Source of the DNA: an uncultured Peptoniphilus sp.
Lineage (GTDB): Bacteria; Bacillota; Clostridia; Tissierellales; Peptoniphilaceae
Direction: 5' to 3'
NCBI RefSeq assembly: GCF_946222045.1
Contig: NZ_CAMILN010000001.1
Location: 46,892 to 110,891, forward strand
Length of the DNA stretch: 64,000 nucleotides
Part shown: positions 1 through 7,948 of the stretch, in pieces
Layout: every line of letters starts with the position of its first letter
How positions within the stretch are numbered: the stretch's first letter is position 1
Made by a program: the position numbers and the translations under genes
The notes under the pieces: generated by a model
Seen by the model: only the letters and a program-made list of their open reading frames with translations
Database searches by the model: none
Told to the model about the DNA's origin: nothing

Positions 1-450
1 AGAATTACCCTTGCCGATGCAGTCCACTATGCCACAAATGACCTTGGAGCAGAAAAGATCATTGACCTTGCAACACTTACTGGTGCAGTTACAATTGCCC
101 TTGGAGAAGTTTACACAGGTGCAGTTACAAATAACGAAGAATTCTACAATGAAGTCCTTGAAGCAGGAAAATTATCTGGTGAAAAAATCTGGGCCTTCCC
201 TTATGATGAAGACTACAAGAAATTAAACAAGTCAGAAGTTGCTGACATCAAGAACACTTCAGGTAGACATGCAGGCACTGTTACAGCAGGACTATTTGTT
301 GGCGAGTTCGTAAAAGAAAATACGCCTTGGGTTCACCTAGACATAGCAGCAACAGGATACAGGGACAAGAAGTCAGGTTACCTTCCAAAGAATGCAACAG
401 GTATTCACGTTAAGACTTTAAATAACCTACTAGACCCAACAGATTGCTAA
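1..450 (+). CDS. pepA: Leucyl aminopeptidase, M17 family, C-terminal fragment (5' end outside window)
   Basis: Frame-1 ORF runs from the window edge to TAA at 448-450. Translation ...NTSGRHAGTVTAGLFVGEFVKENTPWVHLDIAATGY... matches the conserved C-terminal catalytic region of cytosol aminopeptidase. It is missing from the ORF track because it has no in-window start. Confidence 0.8.
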   Translation, partial: RITLADAVHYATNDLGAEKIIDLATLTGAVTIALGEVYTGAVTNNEEFYNEVLEAGKLSGEKIWAFPYDEDYKKLNKSEVADIKNTSGRHAGTVTAGLFVGEFVKENTPWVHLDIAATGYRDKKSGYLPKNATGIHVKTLNNLLDPTDC

Positions 451-465
451 GATTTTTAATCACAA

Positions 466-492
466 CCACTGGCTAAGGGCCGGTGGTTTTTT
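466..492 (+). terminator. Rho-independent terminator after pepA
   Basis: 7-bp GC-rich stem (CCACTGG...CCGGTGG) with a 7-nt loop, followed by TTTTTT. Confidence 0.7.
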
Positions 493-528
493 CAATTAAA
501 AAACTCACCTTATTTCTAAGATGAGTTC

Positions 529-1035
529 TCATAGATCTTCTATATTTATTTCACCGTGCAAGCTATAAATTTCCGGACCATTATTTTCTAATTTTCCCAT
601 ATTTTCCCTTATAGAATAAGTAAGATAAAATTTAAAGTGTTCTATACCTTTATAGTCTTTAGCTAATTCAAAATCTTCTGAAAGAATTTGATATTCATAA
701 AATTCTTTATTATTTTCATCTTCAAATAATCTAAAATTAATTTCATAATCTTTAGGGTCTTGGAATTTTATCTTATCATCTTTATCCAGTAATAATGTAA
801 AATAAAACTGGCTAATCAATTTTCTTCCATGAAAGTCGTTATCTTTACTAATGATTACATCTCTATAAAGGTCATTAGAATTTTTATTGATAATATTTGC
901 TTTTACTTCTTCACTCATAACATTGGAATTATTCTTATCATCTATTTTTTCATTATTAGTTTTATTTCTAAAGTATATTAACAATGATAAAGATAAAATA
1001 ATTATCAAAGCTATTCCTACTTTTTTTCGCATCAA
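529..1035 (-). CDS. Hypothetical membrane-anchored/exported protein (168 aa)
   Basis: ORF with N-terminal Lys-rich/hydrophobic signal-anchor (MMRKKVGIALIIILSLSLLIYF). No motif recognised. Confidence 0.45.
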   Translation of the reverse strand: MMRKKVGIALIIILSLSLLIYFRNKTNNEKIDDKNNSNVMSEEVKANIINKNSNDLYRDVIISKDNDFHGRKLISQFYFTLLLDKDDKIKFQDPKDYEINFRLFEDENNKEFYEYQILSEDFELAKDYKGIEHFKFYLTYSIRENMGKLENNGPEIYSLHGEINIEDL

Positions 1036-1126
1036 TAATACCTCCGCTAAAAATATCCAAATATTCCATTATGTTATCTAAATAAATTATATAAAACTTT
1101 TTTTCCTTGTCAAATTTATTATTTAT

Positions 1127-1167
1127 AAAAAGACTCTATCAGCTAAAAGTCCTGATAGAGTCTTTAA
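1127..1167. terminator. Bidirectional hairpin between hypothetical gene and hppA
   Basis: 12-bp perfect inverted repeat AGACTCTATCAG...CTGATAGAGTCT flanked by A-run and T-run. Confidence 0.45.
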
Positions 1168-1189
1168 AAAGTTAATATAGTTTGCAATA

Positions 1190-1228
1190 AAAAATCTGCT
1201 AGAGATTTCTCTCTAACAGATTTATTTT
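1190..1228 (-). terminator. Terminator of hppA
   Basis: Inverted repeat AAATCTG...CAGATTT followed on the minus strand by T-run, immediately after the hppA stop. Confidence 0.5.
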
Positions 1229-1229
1229 T

Positions 1230-3233
1230 TTATAGGAATAGTCCGCCGTATGCAACAAATAGTGGTGCGAATACAAGGGATACAACAGTTATAAGTTTAA
1301 TTAGAATATTAAGAGAAGGTCCTGATGTATCTTTGAATGGGTCACCAACTGTGTCTCCAGTTACAGCTGCCTTGTGAGCTTCTGAACCTTTACCACCGTG
1401 TGCTCCACCTTCGATGTATTTTTTAGCATTGTCCCAAGCTCCACCAGCGTTTGACATAAAGATTGCCATTAGTACACCAGTTACAAGAGCTCCTGCTTGA
1501 AGTCCGCCTAGGGCTTCTGTACCAAGTAGTAGACCTACTAGTACTGGAACAATTACAGCGATTAGTCCTGGTACGACCATTTGCTTAAGAGCAGCACCTG
1601 TTGAGATGTCAACACATCTTGCATAGTCAGGAGTTGCCTTACCTTCCATGATTCCAGGAATTTCTTTAAATTGTCTTCTAACTTCGTCGATCATTTCTGA
1701 TGCTGCGTTACCAACTGCTGACATAGTAAGTGCAGAGAAGGCAAATGGAAGCATACCACCAACGAATGTTGCAGCAATAACTTCTGGCTTAGAAATGTCA
1801 ATTCCCGTTAGGCCAGTTGCGTTAATGTAAGAAACGAAAAGTGCAAGGGCAGTAAGTGCTGCTGATCCAATTGCAAATCCCTTTCCTATAGCTGCTGTTG
1901 TATTACCAACAGAGTCAAGTGAGTCTGTGATTTCACGAACGTCTTCTGGTAGTTCACACATTTCTGCAATACCACCAGCGTTGTCTGCGATTGGTCCATA
2001 AGCGTCTACGGCAATTGTCATACCAGTTGTTGAAAGCATACCAACAGCTGCAAGAGAAATTCCGTAAAGTCCTACGATTGGGTCAGCGTTTCCGCCAGCT
2101 CCAAGGTAAGCTGCAATAATACCAATAGCAATGACAATGATTGGTCCAACTGTTGACATCATACCAACAGAAAGTCCAGAAATAATATTTGTTGAAGAAC
2201 CAGTTTCTGATTCTGCTCCAATTCTCTTAACTGGTGCATAATCTTCAGCTGTGTAATATTCTGTAAATTTAGAAATTATTAGACCAACTGCAATACCAAT
2301 AATTACTGGTGCAAAGGGTGCAAAACTTCCAAAGATGTAGTTTGATAAAAGTGCTGAAGCTATCATTGTAACGCCAGCTGCTACATATTCACCTGCGTTA
2401 AGAGCCTTTTGTGGGTTCTTGTCTCCCTTAACAAAGAAAGCAGCTACAATTGATGCTAAGATACCAACTGTTGCAACAAGAATACCAAATTTAACACCTT
2501 CTTCTCCATAAGCTACAACTCCAAGAGTAATAACTGAAAGAAGTGCTCCAACGTAAGATTCAAATAAGTCAGCTCCCATTCCAGCAACGTCACCAACGTT
2601 ATCTCCTACGTTATCAGCGATAACTGCAGGGTTTCTTGGGTCGTCTTCTGGGATACCAGCTTCAACTTTACCTACAAGGTCAGCTCCAACGTCTGCAGCC
2701 TTAGTGTAGATACCGCCACCAACTCTTGCGAAAAGTGCAATAGATGATGCTCCAAGTGAAAATCCTGTAATAATTTCAGTTTGTCCACCTGTTATGAAAT
2801 ATGCGCAAGTAATACCAATGATTCCTAGTCCAACAACGCACATTCCCATTACAACTCCACCTGAAAAGGCAACGTCAAGGGCTTTACCTAGGCCACCCTT
2901 CCATGCTGCGTTTGTTGTTCTAACGTTTGCTTTTGTAGCAACCTTCATACCAACATAACCAGCAGCTACTGAAAAGATAGCTCCTACTACGAAACAAATA
3001 GCAGTTGGGATTGATTTAAGTCCTACTGCCAAGATAATTGCAAGTACAATTACAAATACAACAAGAGCCTTATATTCTCTTGTTAAAAATGCCATGGCTC
3101 CTTCTGAAATGTAAGAAGAAATTTCTTTCATTCTTTCATTTCCGGCATCTTGTTTTGACACAAAGCTTACCTTGTAAGCAGCAAACAATAGTGCCAAAAC
3201 GCCGACTATAGGAGCTAGATATAAAATATCCAT
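1230..3233 (-). CDS. hppA: Membrane-bound K+-stimulated/Na+ or H+-translocating inorganic pyrophosphatase
   Basis: 667-aa polytopic membrane protein with the V-PPase signature [19 protein letters not shown]...[21 protein letters not shown]. Confidence 0.9.
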   Translation of the reverse strand: MDILYLAPIVGVLALLFAAYKVSFVSKQDAGNERMKEISSYISEGAMAFLTREYKALVVFVIVLAIILAVGLKSIPTAICFVVGAIFSVAAGYVGMKVATKANVRTTNAAWKGGLGKALDVAFSGGVVMGMCVVGLGIIGITCAYFITGGQTEIITGFSLGASSIALFARVGGGIYTKAADVGADLVGKVEAGIPEDDPRNPAVIADNVGDNVGDVAGMGADLFESYVGALLSVITLGVVAYGEEGVKFGILVATVGILASIVAAFFVKGDKNPQKALNAGEYVAAGVTMIASALLSNYIFGSFAPFAPVIIGIAVGLIISKFTEYYTAEDYAPVKRIGAESETGSSTNIISGLSVGMMSTVGPIIVIAIGIIAAYLGAGGNADPIVGLYGISLAAVGMLSTTGMTIAVDAYGPIADNAGGIAEMCELPEDVREITDSLDSVGNTTAAIGKGFAIGSAALTALALFVSYINATGLTGIDISKPEVIAATFVGGMLPFAFSALTMSAVGNAASEMIDEVRRQFKEIPGIMEGKATPDYARCVDISTGAALKQMVVPGLIAVIVPVLVGLLLGTEALGGLQAGALVTGVLMAIFMSNAGGAWDNAKKYIEGGAHGGKGSEAHKAAVTGDTVGDPFKDTSGPSLNILIKLITVVSLVFAPLFVAYGGLFL

Positions 3234-3255
3234 TCTAATCCTCCTTAAATTTTAA

Positions 3256-3480
3256 TTAAATTGCAGCTAATATAATAAGTGCAAGTGCAAAAACGATGCT
3301 TGAACCAATAACAATTCTGTTTTGGATATCTTTTTTACTAGAACCCTTGTGAGATCCCCACATGCTAGTTTCTTCGCCTTGCATAGTTCCTAGACCAGCT
3401 TGTTCTGATTCCATTTGTGCAACTACACTTATTACAATTATGCTCGCAATAATAATTATAATAGATAAAAAAGTTTGCAA
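3256..3480 (-). CDS. Small two-TM membrane protein (74 aa), directly upstream of and probably co-transcribed with hppA
   Basis: TTG start preceded by AGGGAGGT at 7-nt spacing. Two hydrophobic segments. Ends 22 nt before the hppA start. Confidence 0.35.
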   Translation of the reverse strand: MQTFLSIIIIIASIIVISVVAQMESEQAGLGTMQGEETSMWGSHKGSSKKDIQNRIVIGSSIVFALALIILAAI

Positions 3481-3570
3481 ACTTATACCTCCCTTAAATT
3501 TCTATAACATATAAATTCTAACACAGCAAGCCTTGCTAAGCAACGAATTTATAGGATATTTTGGCATTTT

Positions 3571-4161
3571 TTATAAGCAATCTTTCCTTTTTATGGCTTC
3601 TTCGATGTAATCTTCCCTCTCCTGCATTGCAAGAAGAGTTTTTTCTATTAATTCATCAAGTTCCCAACCCAGCTTTTCTGCTCCTCTTTTTATTACATCA
3701 CGAGAGCAACCTTCTGCGAACTTCTTGTCCTTAAATTTTTTCTTCACACTTTTTAGCTTCATATCCTTGGTGCTCTTTGATGGTCTCATTAGGGATGCTG
3801 CATAAATTAAACCTGTGAGTTCATCTGTTGAAAATAAAATCTTCTCCATGAAGAGTTCTGGTTCCACATCAGAACATATTCCAGACCCGTGGGCCATAAT
3901 GGCATGGATGAGTTCATCACTTCCACCTGCATCTCTTAAGATTTTTGGTGTATTCTTTAGATGTTCTTCAGGATATCTCTCATAGTCAACATCGTGGAGG
4001 AGTCCTGCCATCTTCCAAAAGTCTACATTGTCCTTGTCATACTCTTCTGCAAAGTATCCCATTACATTTTCAAGGGTCAAGGCATGTCTTATGTGAAAGG
4101 ATTCCTTGTTGTATTCTTTTAAAAGTTTTAATCCATCTTCTCTACTTATTCCACTCTTCAT
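3571..4161 (-). CDS. HD-domain phosphohydrolase (196 aa)
   Basis: Metal-binding H...HD motif (HIRHAL...LLHDVDY) typical of the HD superfamily. Confidence 0.6.
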   Translation of the reverse strand: MKSGISREDGLKLLKEYNKESFHIRHALTLENVMGYFAEEYDKDNVDFWKMAGLLHDVDYERYPEEHLKNTPKILRDAGGSDELIHAIMAHGSGICSDVEPELFMEKILFSTDELTGLIYAASLMRPSKSTKDMKLKSVKKKFKDKKFAEGCSRDVIKRGAEKLGWELDELIEKTLLAMQEREDYIEEAIKRKDCL

Positions 4162-4267
4162 AATCTCACTTCCTTTTGCCTAATTTTATCACAATAATTT
4201 TTGAATTTCACTTTTATCTACTTGTGTTATAATGAAGGTAAGAATGCAATGAACAATGGAGGTTTTT

Positions 4268-5287
4268 ATGAAAAAAAATGTTGGCATAATGGGCTTTGGT
4301 AGAATTGGTAGAGATGCTCTAAGGATCTGGGCCCTAAGAGACGATGTTAATTTTGAAGTTACTCACGTAGCTGTTAGAAATTTGGACAAAACTTTAAAAG
4401 AAAGAACTCACCTATTTAAATTCGACTCAATCTATAGAAAGTTCCCTGGTGAAATTGAGCTCACTGACGACGGAATGATTATCAATGGAAAGAAAGTTAC
4501 TTTCGTTGAATCAAAGACACCTGACAAGATGAACTGGAAAGACCTTGGTGTTGATGTTGTTATTGATTCATCTGGTGCCTTCAAGGACGAAGAACAAGCA
4601 AGAGGTCACCTTGAAAGTGGTGCAAAAAAAGTTGTCTTAACTTCTCCAGGCAAGGGCGACATGCTTACAGTTGTTATGGGAGTTAACGACGACAAGTACG
4701 ATCCAGAAAAACACGACATTATCTCTAACGCGTCTTGTACAACAAACTGTCTTGCTCCAGTGACTAAGGTTATCTTAGAAAACTTCGGAATCAAGAAGGG
4801 ACTTATGTCCACTGTTCACGCTTACACTAACGACCAAAACATCCACGACGGTGTTCACAAGAAGGACATGAGACGTGCAAGAATGGGAGCAGAAAATATC
4901 ATTCCAACTTCAACTGGTGCAGCTAAGGCTGTTGGAAAAGTTATTCCAGAAGTTGACGGAATCTTAACTGGCTTTGCCCTAAGAGTTCCTGTTCCAACTG
5001 GATCATTAGTTGACGTAACTTTTGAACTTGAAAAAGAAGCTACAGTTGAAGAAATCAACGCAGCTATCAAGAAGGCTTCTGAAAACGAATTAAAGGGTAT
5101 CCTTGCTTACTCAGAAGATGAACTTGTTTCTTCTGACATCATTGGCGACGAACACTCTTCTATTTTCGATTCACTTCTTACAACTGTTAACGGAAAAATG
5201 GTTAAACTTGTTTCATGGTATGACAACGAATGGGGTTACACAGAAAGAGTTATTGACCTAACAGAAAAAATTGTTGAATCTCTATAA
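4268..5287 (+). CDS. gap: Glyceraldehyde-3-phosphate dehydrogenase
   Basis: NAD-binding N-terminus MKKNVGIMGFGRIGR and catalytic motif SNASCTTNCLAP. ATG at 4268 preferred over the ORF-track start (4256) on N-terminal family shape. Extended -10 TGtTATAAT upstream. Confidence 0.92.
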   Translation: MKKNVGIMGFGRIGRDALRIWALRDDVNFEVTHVAVRNLDKTLKERTHLFKFDSIYRKFPGEIELTDDGMIINGKKVTFVESKTPDKMNWKDLGVDVVIDSSGAFKDEEQARGHLESGAKKVVLTSPGKGDMLTVVMGVNDDKYDPEKHDIISNASCTTNCLAPVTKVILENFGIKKGLMSTVHAYTNDQNIHDGVHKKDMRRARMGAENIIPTSTGAAKAVGKVIPEVDGILTGFALRVPVPTGSLVDVTFELEKEATVEEINAAIKKASENELKGILAYSEDELVSSDIIGDEHSSIFDSLLTTVNGKMVKLVSWYDNEWGYTERVIDLTEKIVESL

Positions 5288-5295
5288 GATTATTT

Positions 5296-5325
5296 AAGGC
5301 TTGCTTAGGCAGGCCTTTTTTGTTT
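5296..5325 (+). terminator. Terminator of gap
   Basis: 9-bp stem AAGGCTTGC/GCAGGCCTT with TTAG loop, followed by TTTTTTG. Confidence 0.7.
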
Positions 5326-5450
5326 GCCTAAGATTTTCTTATGGGTTATCATTGTTTTATAAATTAGCAGTAAATATTTTTAAGGACTTAAATAGAAGGT
5401 CTTAATGATCGATAAATATAAAATAAGTGGCGAGAAAATAAAAATAGAAG

Positions 5451-5484
5451 AAAAATTAAGACCAAGGTGTGCAAGCCTTGGTCT
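5451..5484 (-). terminator. Terminator of the metA-aspartokinase gene (bidirectional hairpin)
   Basis: 8-bp stem GACCAAGG/CCTTGGTC immediately downstream of the stop at 5488-5490. T-run on the minus strand. Confidence 0.6.
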
Positions 5485-5487
5485 TTT

Positions 5488-7284
5488 TTAATCCTTTATA
5501 ATTGTCCCATGATTATCTGGGTCATTTGTGTTTAAAATTTTTATAGTTATATTTTTCTTGGCAACGGGATTTATGGCATCTTCTTGATAAACTTGGGCTC
5601 CCTCCCCAATTATTTCCTTTAATTCCGTGTAGGAAAGCTTGTCAATAGTCTTGGCATCTGGGTCACTGTTGGGGTCTGATGTCATAATTCCATTTACGTC
5701 AGTCCAGTTCTCGTAGACTTTGGAGTCAAGGGCATAGGCAATTAGGCTGCCTGTATAATCGCTACCTCCCCTAGTGAAGGTCACAATATTTCCCTTCTCG
5801 TCGCTACCATAAAAGCCTGGAACAACTGCCTTTTTGTTTTCTCCAATGTGACTTTGGATGGCCCTCTTGGACTTTTCTATATCAACTTGTCCCCTTTCAT
5901 CAAAGATTATTAGGTCCTTGGCATCAATAAAGTCGTAGGTCAAGTATTTTGCAAGTAACTTGGCATTAAGGTATTCGCCCCTGGACACAATGAAGTCCTT
6001 GTCCCTGGACTCCTTTATCTCATCAAAAACAAATTTCAACTCATCATCCCAAAAGTCTTCAAGATCCAGGTCTTGAGCTATGGATAAAAATCTCTTTTTA
6101 ATTTTCTCTACTTGCTTGTCACGGCTTAGACTTTGGACTTCTAATTCCTCTTCAAGGGACTTGATAATCTCTCTGACCTCTTCAATCCTCAAATTTTTGT
6201 CAGAAAGAGAAATCAATTCGTCAGTAATCTTTGTGTCCTTTTTAAATCTTCTTCCCGGTGCAGAAACCACAATCACGTCCCTATCTTCCTTGGAAAAGAT
6301 AATTTTTTTCACCTTGGCAAATTGCCCTGCGTCCTTCAGGGAGCTGCCGCCAAATTTTGAAACTGACTTCCCCTCAATGCTATCAATGGCAAAGGGTGTT
6401 TCTTGGTAGACGCAGTAGTTGAGCCAGTTAGAGAAGAAGAGATTGCCTGCAGACCTCCACCTAATTTTTATGTCCTTCTTATGGTCGTTGTCCTCATAAT
6501 AATTTATTGGTGGACTGATTTTTTTGCCTTGAGAAAGATCCCTGATGTACTCATTGTGGAGGGTGTCTTTGTCATATTCCCAGTGGCCAAAATTAAAGAC
6601 AAAGCGGTTGTCCTTAGTTGTCACAAGGGAAACTCCAGTGTCAGGTCTTGCTGCAAGGACTTCAAGGTCTGAAAAGTCTTCAAAATCTTCAAGGTCAACG
6701 TAAGTGTGTCTTGATGTTGGGACCAAGAAGCTGTCATCAAATCCCTTGACAATCTTATTATCTTTTAGTTTGTCAAATTCAAAAACTCCAAAGATTTTCT
6801 CGTCGCTAAGCTTGTGCTCAATCTTGTAGTAGTGATATAGGGCCGCTTGGGCAGACCAACATATAAACATTGTGGAATAAACATTTTTCTTGGCAAATTC
6901 AAAAATTATCTTTAGTTCGTCCCAATATTTTATCTTTTCATAGGCAAGGGTTTCAATAGGGGCCCCAGTAATTATCATGGCGTCGTACTTATTGTTTTTT
7001 ATATCGTCATAAGTCTTGTAAAAAGACTTCAACCTCTTGGCATCGGAGTTATTTGGATTGTAGGACTCCATCCTCACAAGGTCAATGTTAATTTGTAGGG
7101 CAGTGTTTGAAAGCATCCTCAAGAGTTGAAGTTCAGTTTCTTCCTTCTTGGGCATCAAGTTTACAATAGCAATGCTAAGGGGTCTTATGTCCTGCTTAAT
7201 GGCAGAGGAGTCCCTCATTGTAAAAATATTTTCTCTCTCTAAAACTTCTTCAACAATTAAATCTCTAGGTATTATTAATGGCAT
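5488..7284 (-). CDS. metA: Fusion protein: homoserine O-acyltransferase (MetA) N-terminal domain + aspartokinase catalytic domain lacking ACT regulatory domains
   Basis: Start moved to ATG at 7284 (MPLIIPRDLIVEE), which has RBS AAAGAGGAG upstream. The ORF-track start at 7425 would read through the T-box leader. The N-terminal ~300 aa carry MetA motifs (AIVNLMPKK, ITGAPIE, CWSAQAALYHYY). The C-terminal ~300 aa carry amino-acid-kinase motifs (KFGGSSL, VVSAPG, FTRGGSDYTGS, TDVNGIMTSDPN). The protein ends where aspartokinases normally continue into ACT domains. Confidence 0.75.
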   Translation of the reverse strand: MPLIIPRDLIVEEVLERENIFTMRDSSAIKQDIRPLSIAIVNLMPKKEETELQLLRMLSNTALQINIDLVRMESYNPNNSDAKRLKSFYKTYDDIKNNKYDAMIITGAPIETLAYEKIKYWDELKIIFEFAKKNVYSTMFICWSAQAALYHYYKIEHKLSDEKIFGVFEFDKLKDNKIVKGFDDSFLVPTSRHTYVDLEDFEDFSDLEVLAARPDTGVSLVTTKDNRFVFNFGHWEYDKDTLHNEYIRDLSQGKKISPPINYYEDNDHKKDIKIRWRSAGNLFFSNWLNYCVYQETPFAIDSIEGKSVSKFGGSSLKDAGQFAKVKKIIFSKEDRDVIVVSAPGRRFKKDTKITDELISLSDKNLRIEEVREIIKSLEEELEVQSLSRDKQVEKIKKRFLSIAQDLDLEDFWDDELKFVFDEIKESRDKDFIVSRGEYLNAKLLAKYLTYDFIDAKDLIIFDERGQVDIEKSKRAIQSHIGENKKAVVPGFYGSDEKGNIVTFTRGGSDYTGSLIAYALDSKVYENWTDVNGIMTSDPNSDPDAKTIDKLSYTELKEIIGEGAQVYQEDAINPVAKKNITIKILNTNDPDNHGTIIKD

Positions 7285-7289
7285 TTTTA

Positions 7290-7576
7290 TTCTCCTCTTT
7301 TTTATTTGTACTTGAGGAAGGAAAACAATAAAAAAAGCTTCCATCCCTAAAGGACGAAAGCTATTTCGTGTTACCACCTTAATTCTCTTCCAACTCGCGA
7401 TGGAAGACTCTTCAAGTACTATCATACTCTATCGCTGTAACGGGCGCGCCCGTGCCTATCTAAATATCGATAGACCCTCAAGAAGGACCATGTTCTCCCA
7501 ATCTTCCTCTACTTCTCTCACCAAACGAAGCTCTCTTTAATCAGTCAAGAAGGATACTCTTCCTCTTATTGAGTTA
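7290..7576 (-). promoter_or_regulatory. T-box riboswitch leader of the metA-aspartokinase fusion; candidate specifier AUG (Met)
   Basis: Minus-strand RNA contains an AGAGA box, a distal stem-I hairpin, and the T-box core GAAUUAAGGUGGUAACACG (consensus AAUUAGGGUGGUACCGCG). An overlapping terminator GCUUUCGUCC...GGGAUGGAAGC + UUUUUUU follows, 5 nt before the RBS. AUG followed by a purine lies in the stem-I region (GAACAUGGUCC). Confidence 0.6.
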
Positions 7577-7585
7577 TTTTCCATT

Positions 7586-7614
7586 ATAATAGCACCAAAA
7601 AACCTTAATGTCAA
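7586..7614 (-). promoter_or_regulatory. Sigma-A-type promoter driving the metA T-box leader
   Basis: Minus strand TTGACA-17 nt-TATTAT. Confidence 0.5.
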
Positions 7615-7654
7615 TTGCAAAAACCTTGTGATTCTTTTAATTTTAACAAGCTTA

Positions 7655-7895
7655 TAGTTTTTTATGACTTAATAAATTATTAGGGTTTTTTTCTTATCTC
7701 TAAGTCAATTATTTTTTATGACCTTATAAATTTCTATCACTTAATATATTTTTATCACTTCATATTTCTTTATAACTTAAGATTTTCTCATTACTTCATA
7801 TATTTTTATCATTTCATAATTTCTTCTCAAGTCATAAAATCTTATCACTTTATATTTTTTTAAACTTATAAATATTTACAAGTTTCAAATTTTAC
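7655..7895. repeat. Array of ~11 degenerate 18-bp tandem repeats (core TTTTTATGACYT / TTTTATCACTT)
   Basis: Successive units read tttttatgacttaataaat, tttttatgaccttataaat, ttctatcacttaatatat, ttttatcacttcatattt, ctttataacttaagattt, tctcattacttcatatat, ttttatcatttcataatt... in non-coding DNA between citF and the metA leader. Confidence 0.6.
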
Positions 7896-7928
7896 GCAAA
7901 AAAGAGAGGCTCTTGCCTCCCTTTCATT
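7896..7928 (-). terminator. Terminator of citF / cit operon
   Basis: GC-rich hairpin GGGAGGC...GCCTCTC followed by TTTTTTG on the minus strand, just downstream of the citF stop. Confidence 0.55.
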
Positions 7929-7948
7929 AGTATGGTTATATTTTATTT

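Noticed and set aside
1648-1830. Short ORFs antisense to hppA, and the many other 60-150-aa antisense ORFs in the track (e.g. 6080-6672, 8869-9054, 15118-15573, 20027-20762, 35483-35827, 50768-51598)
   Set aside because: All lie inside well-supported genes on the opposite strand, have no RBS and low-complexity translations. These are typical shadow ORFs.
5403-5489. 28-aa ORF MIDKYKISGEKIKIEEKLRPRCASLGLF
   Set aside because: No RBS, and its 3' half is the terminator hairpin shared by gap/metA. Not considered a gene.
7285-7425. N-terminal extension of the metA ORF (track start 7425, MIVLEESSIASWKRIKVV...)
   Set aside because: The extension has no RBS, would translate through the T-box/terminator, and MetA family proteins begin at MPLIIP. 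ATG 7284 with AAAGAGGAG is the real start.
7290-7576. SAM-I (S-box) riboswitch upstream of metA
   Set aside because: S-box conserved blocks were not found. Instead the T-box core AAUUAAGGUGGUAACACG and an AGAGA box are present.
7655-7895. Possible CRISPR array (regularly spaced repeats in non-coding DNA), also considered for 30470-30685
   Set aside because: Repeat units are only ~18 bp, degenerate, and contiguous with no unique spacers. No cas genes are in the window. They behave as tandem satellites/iterons, not CRISPR.
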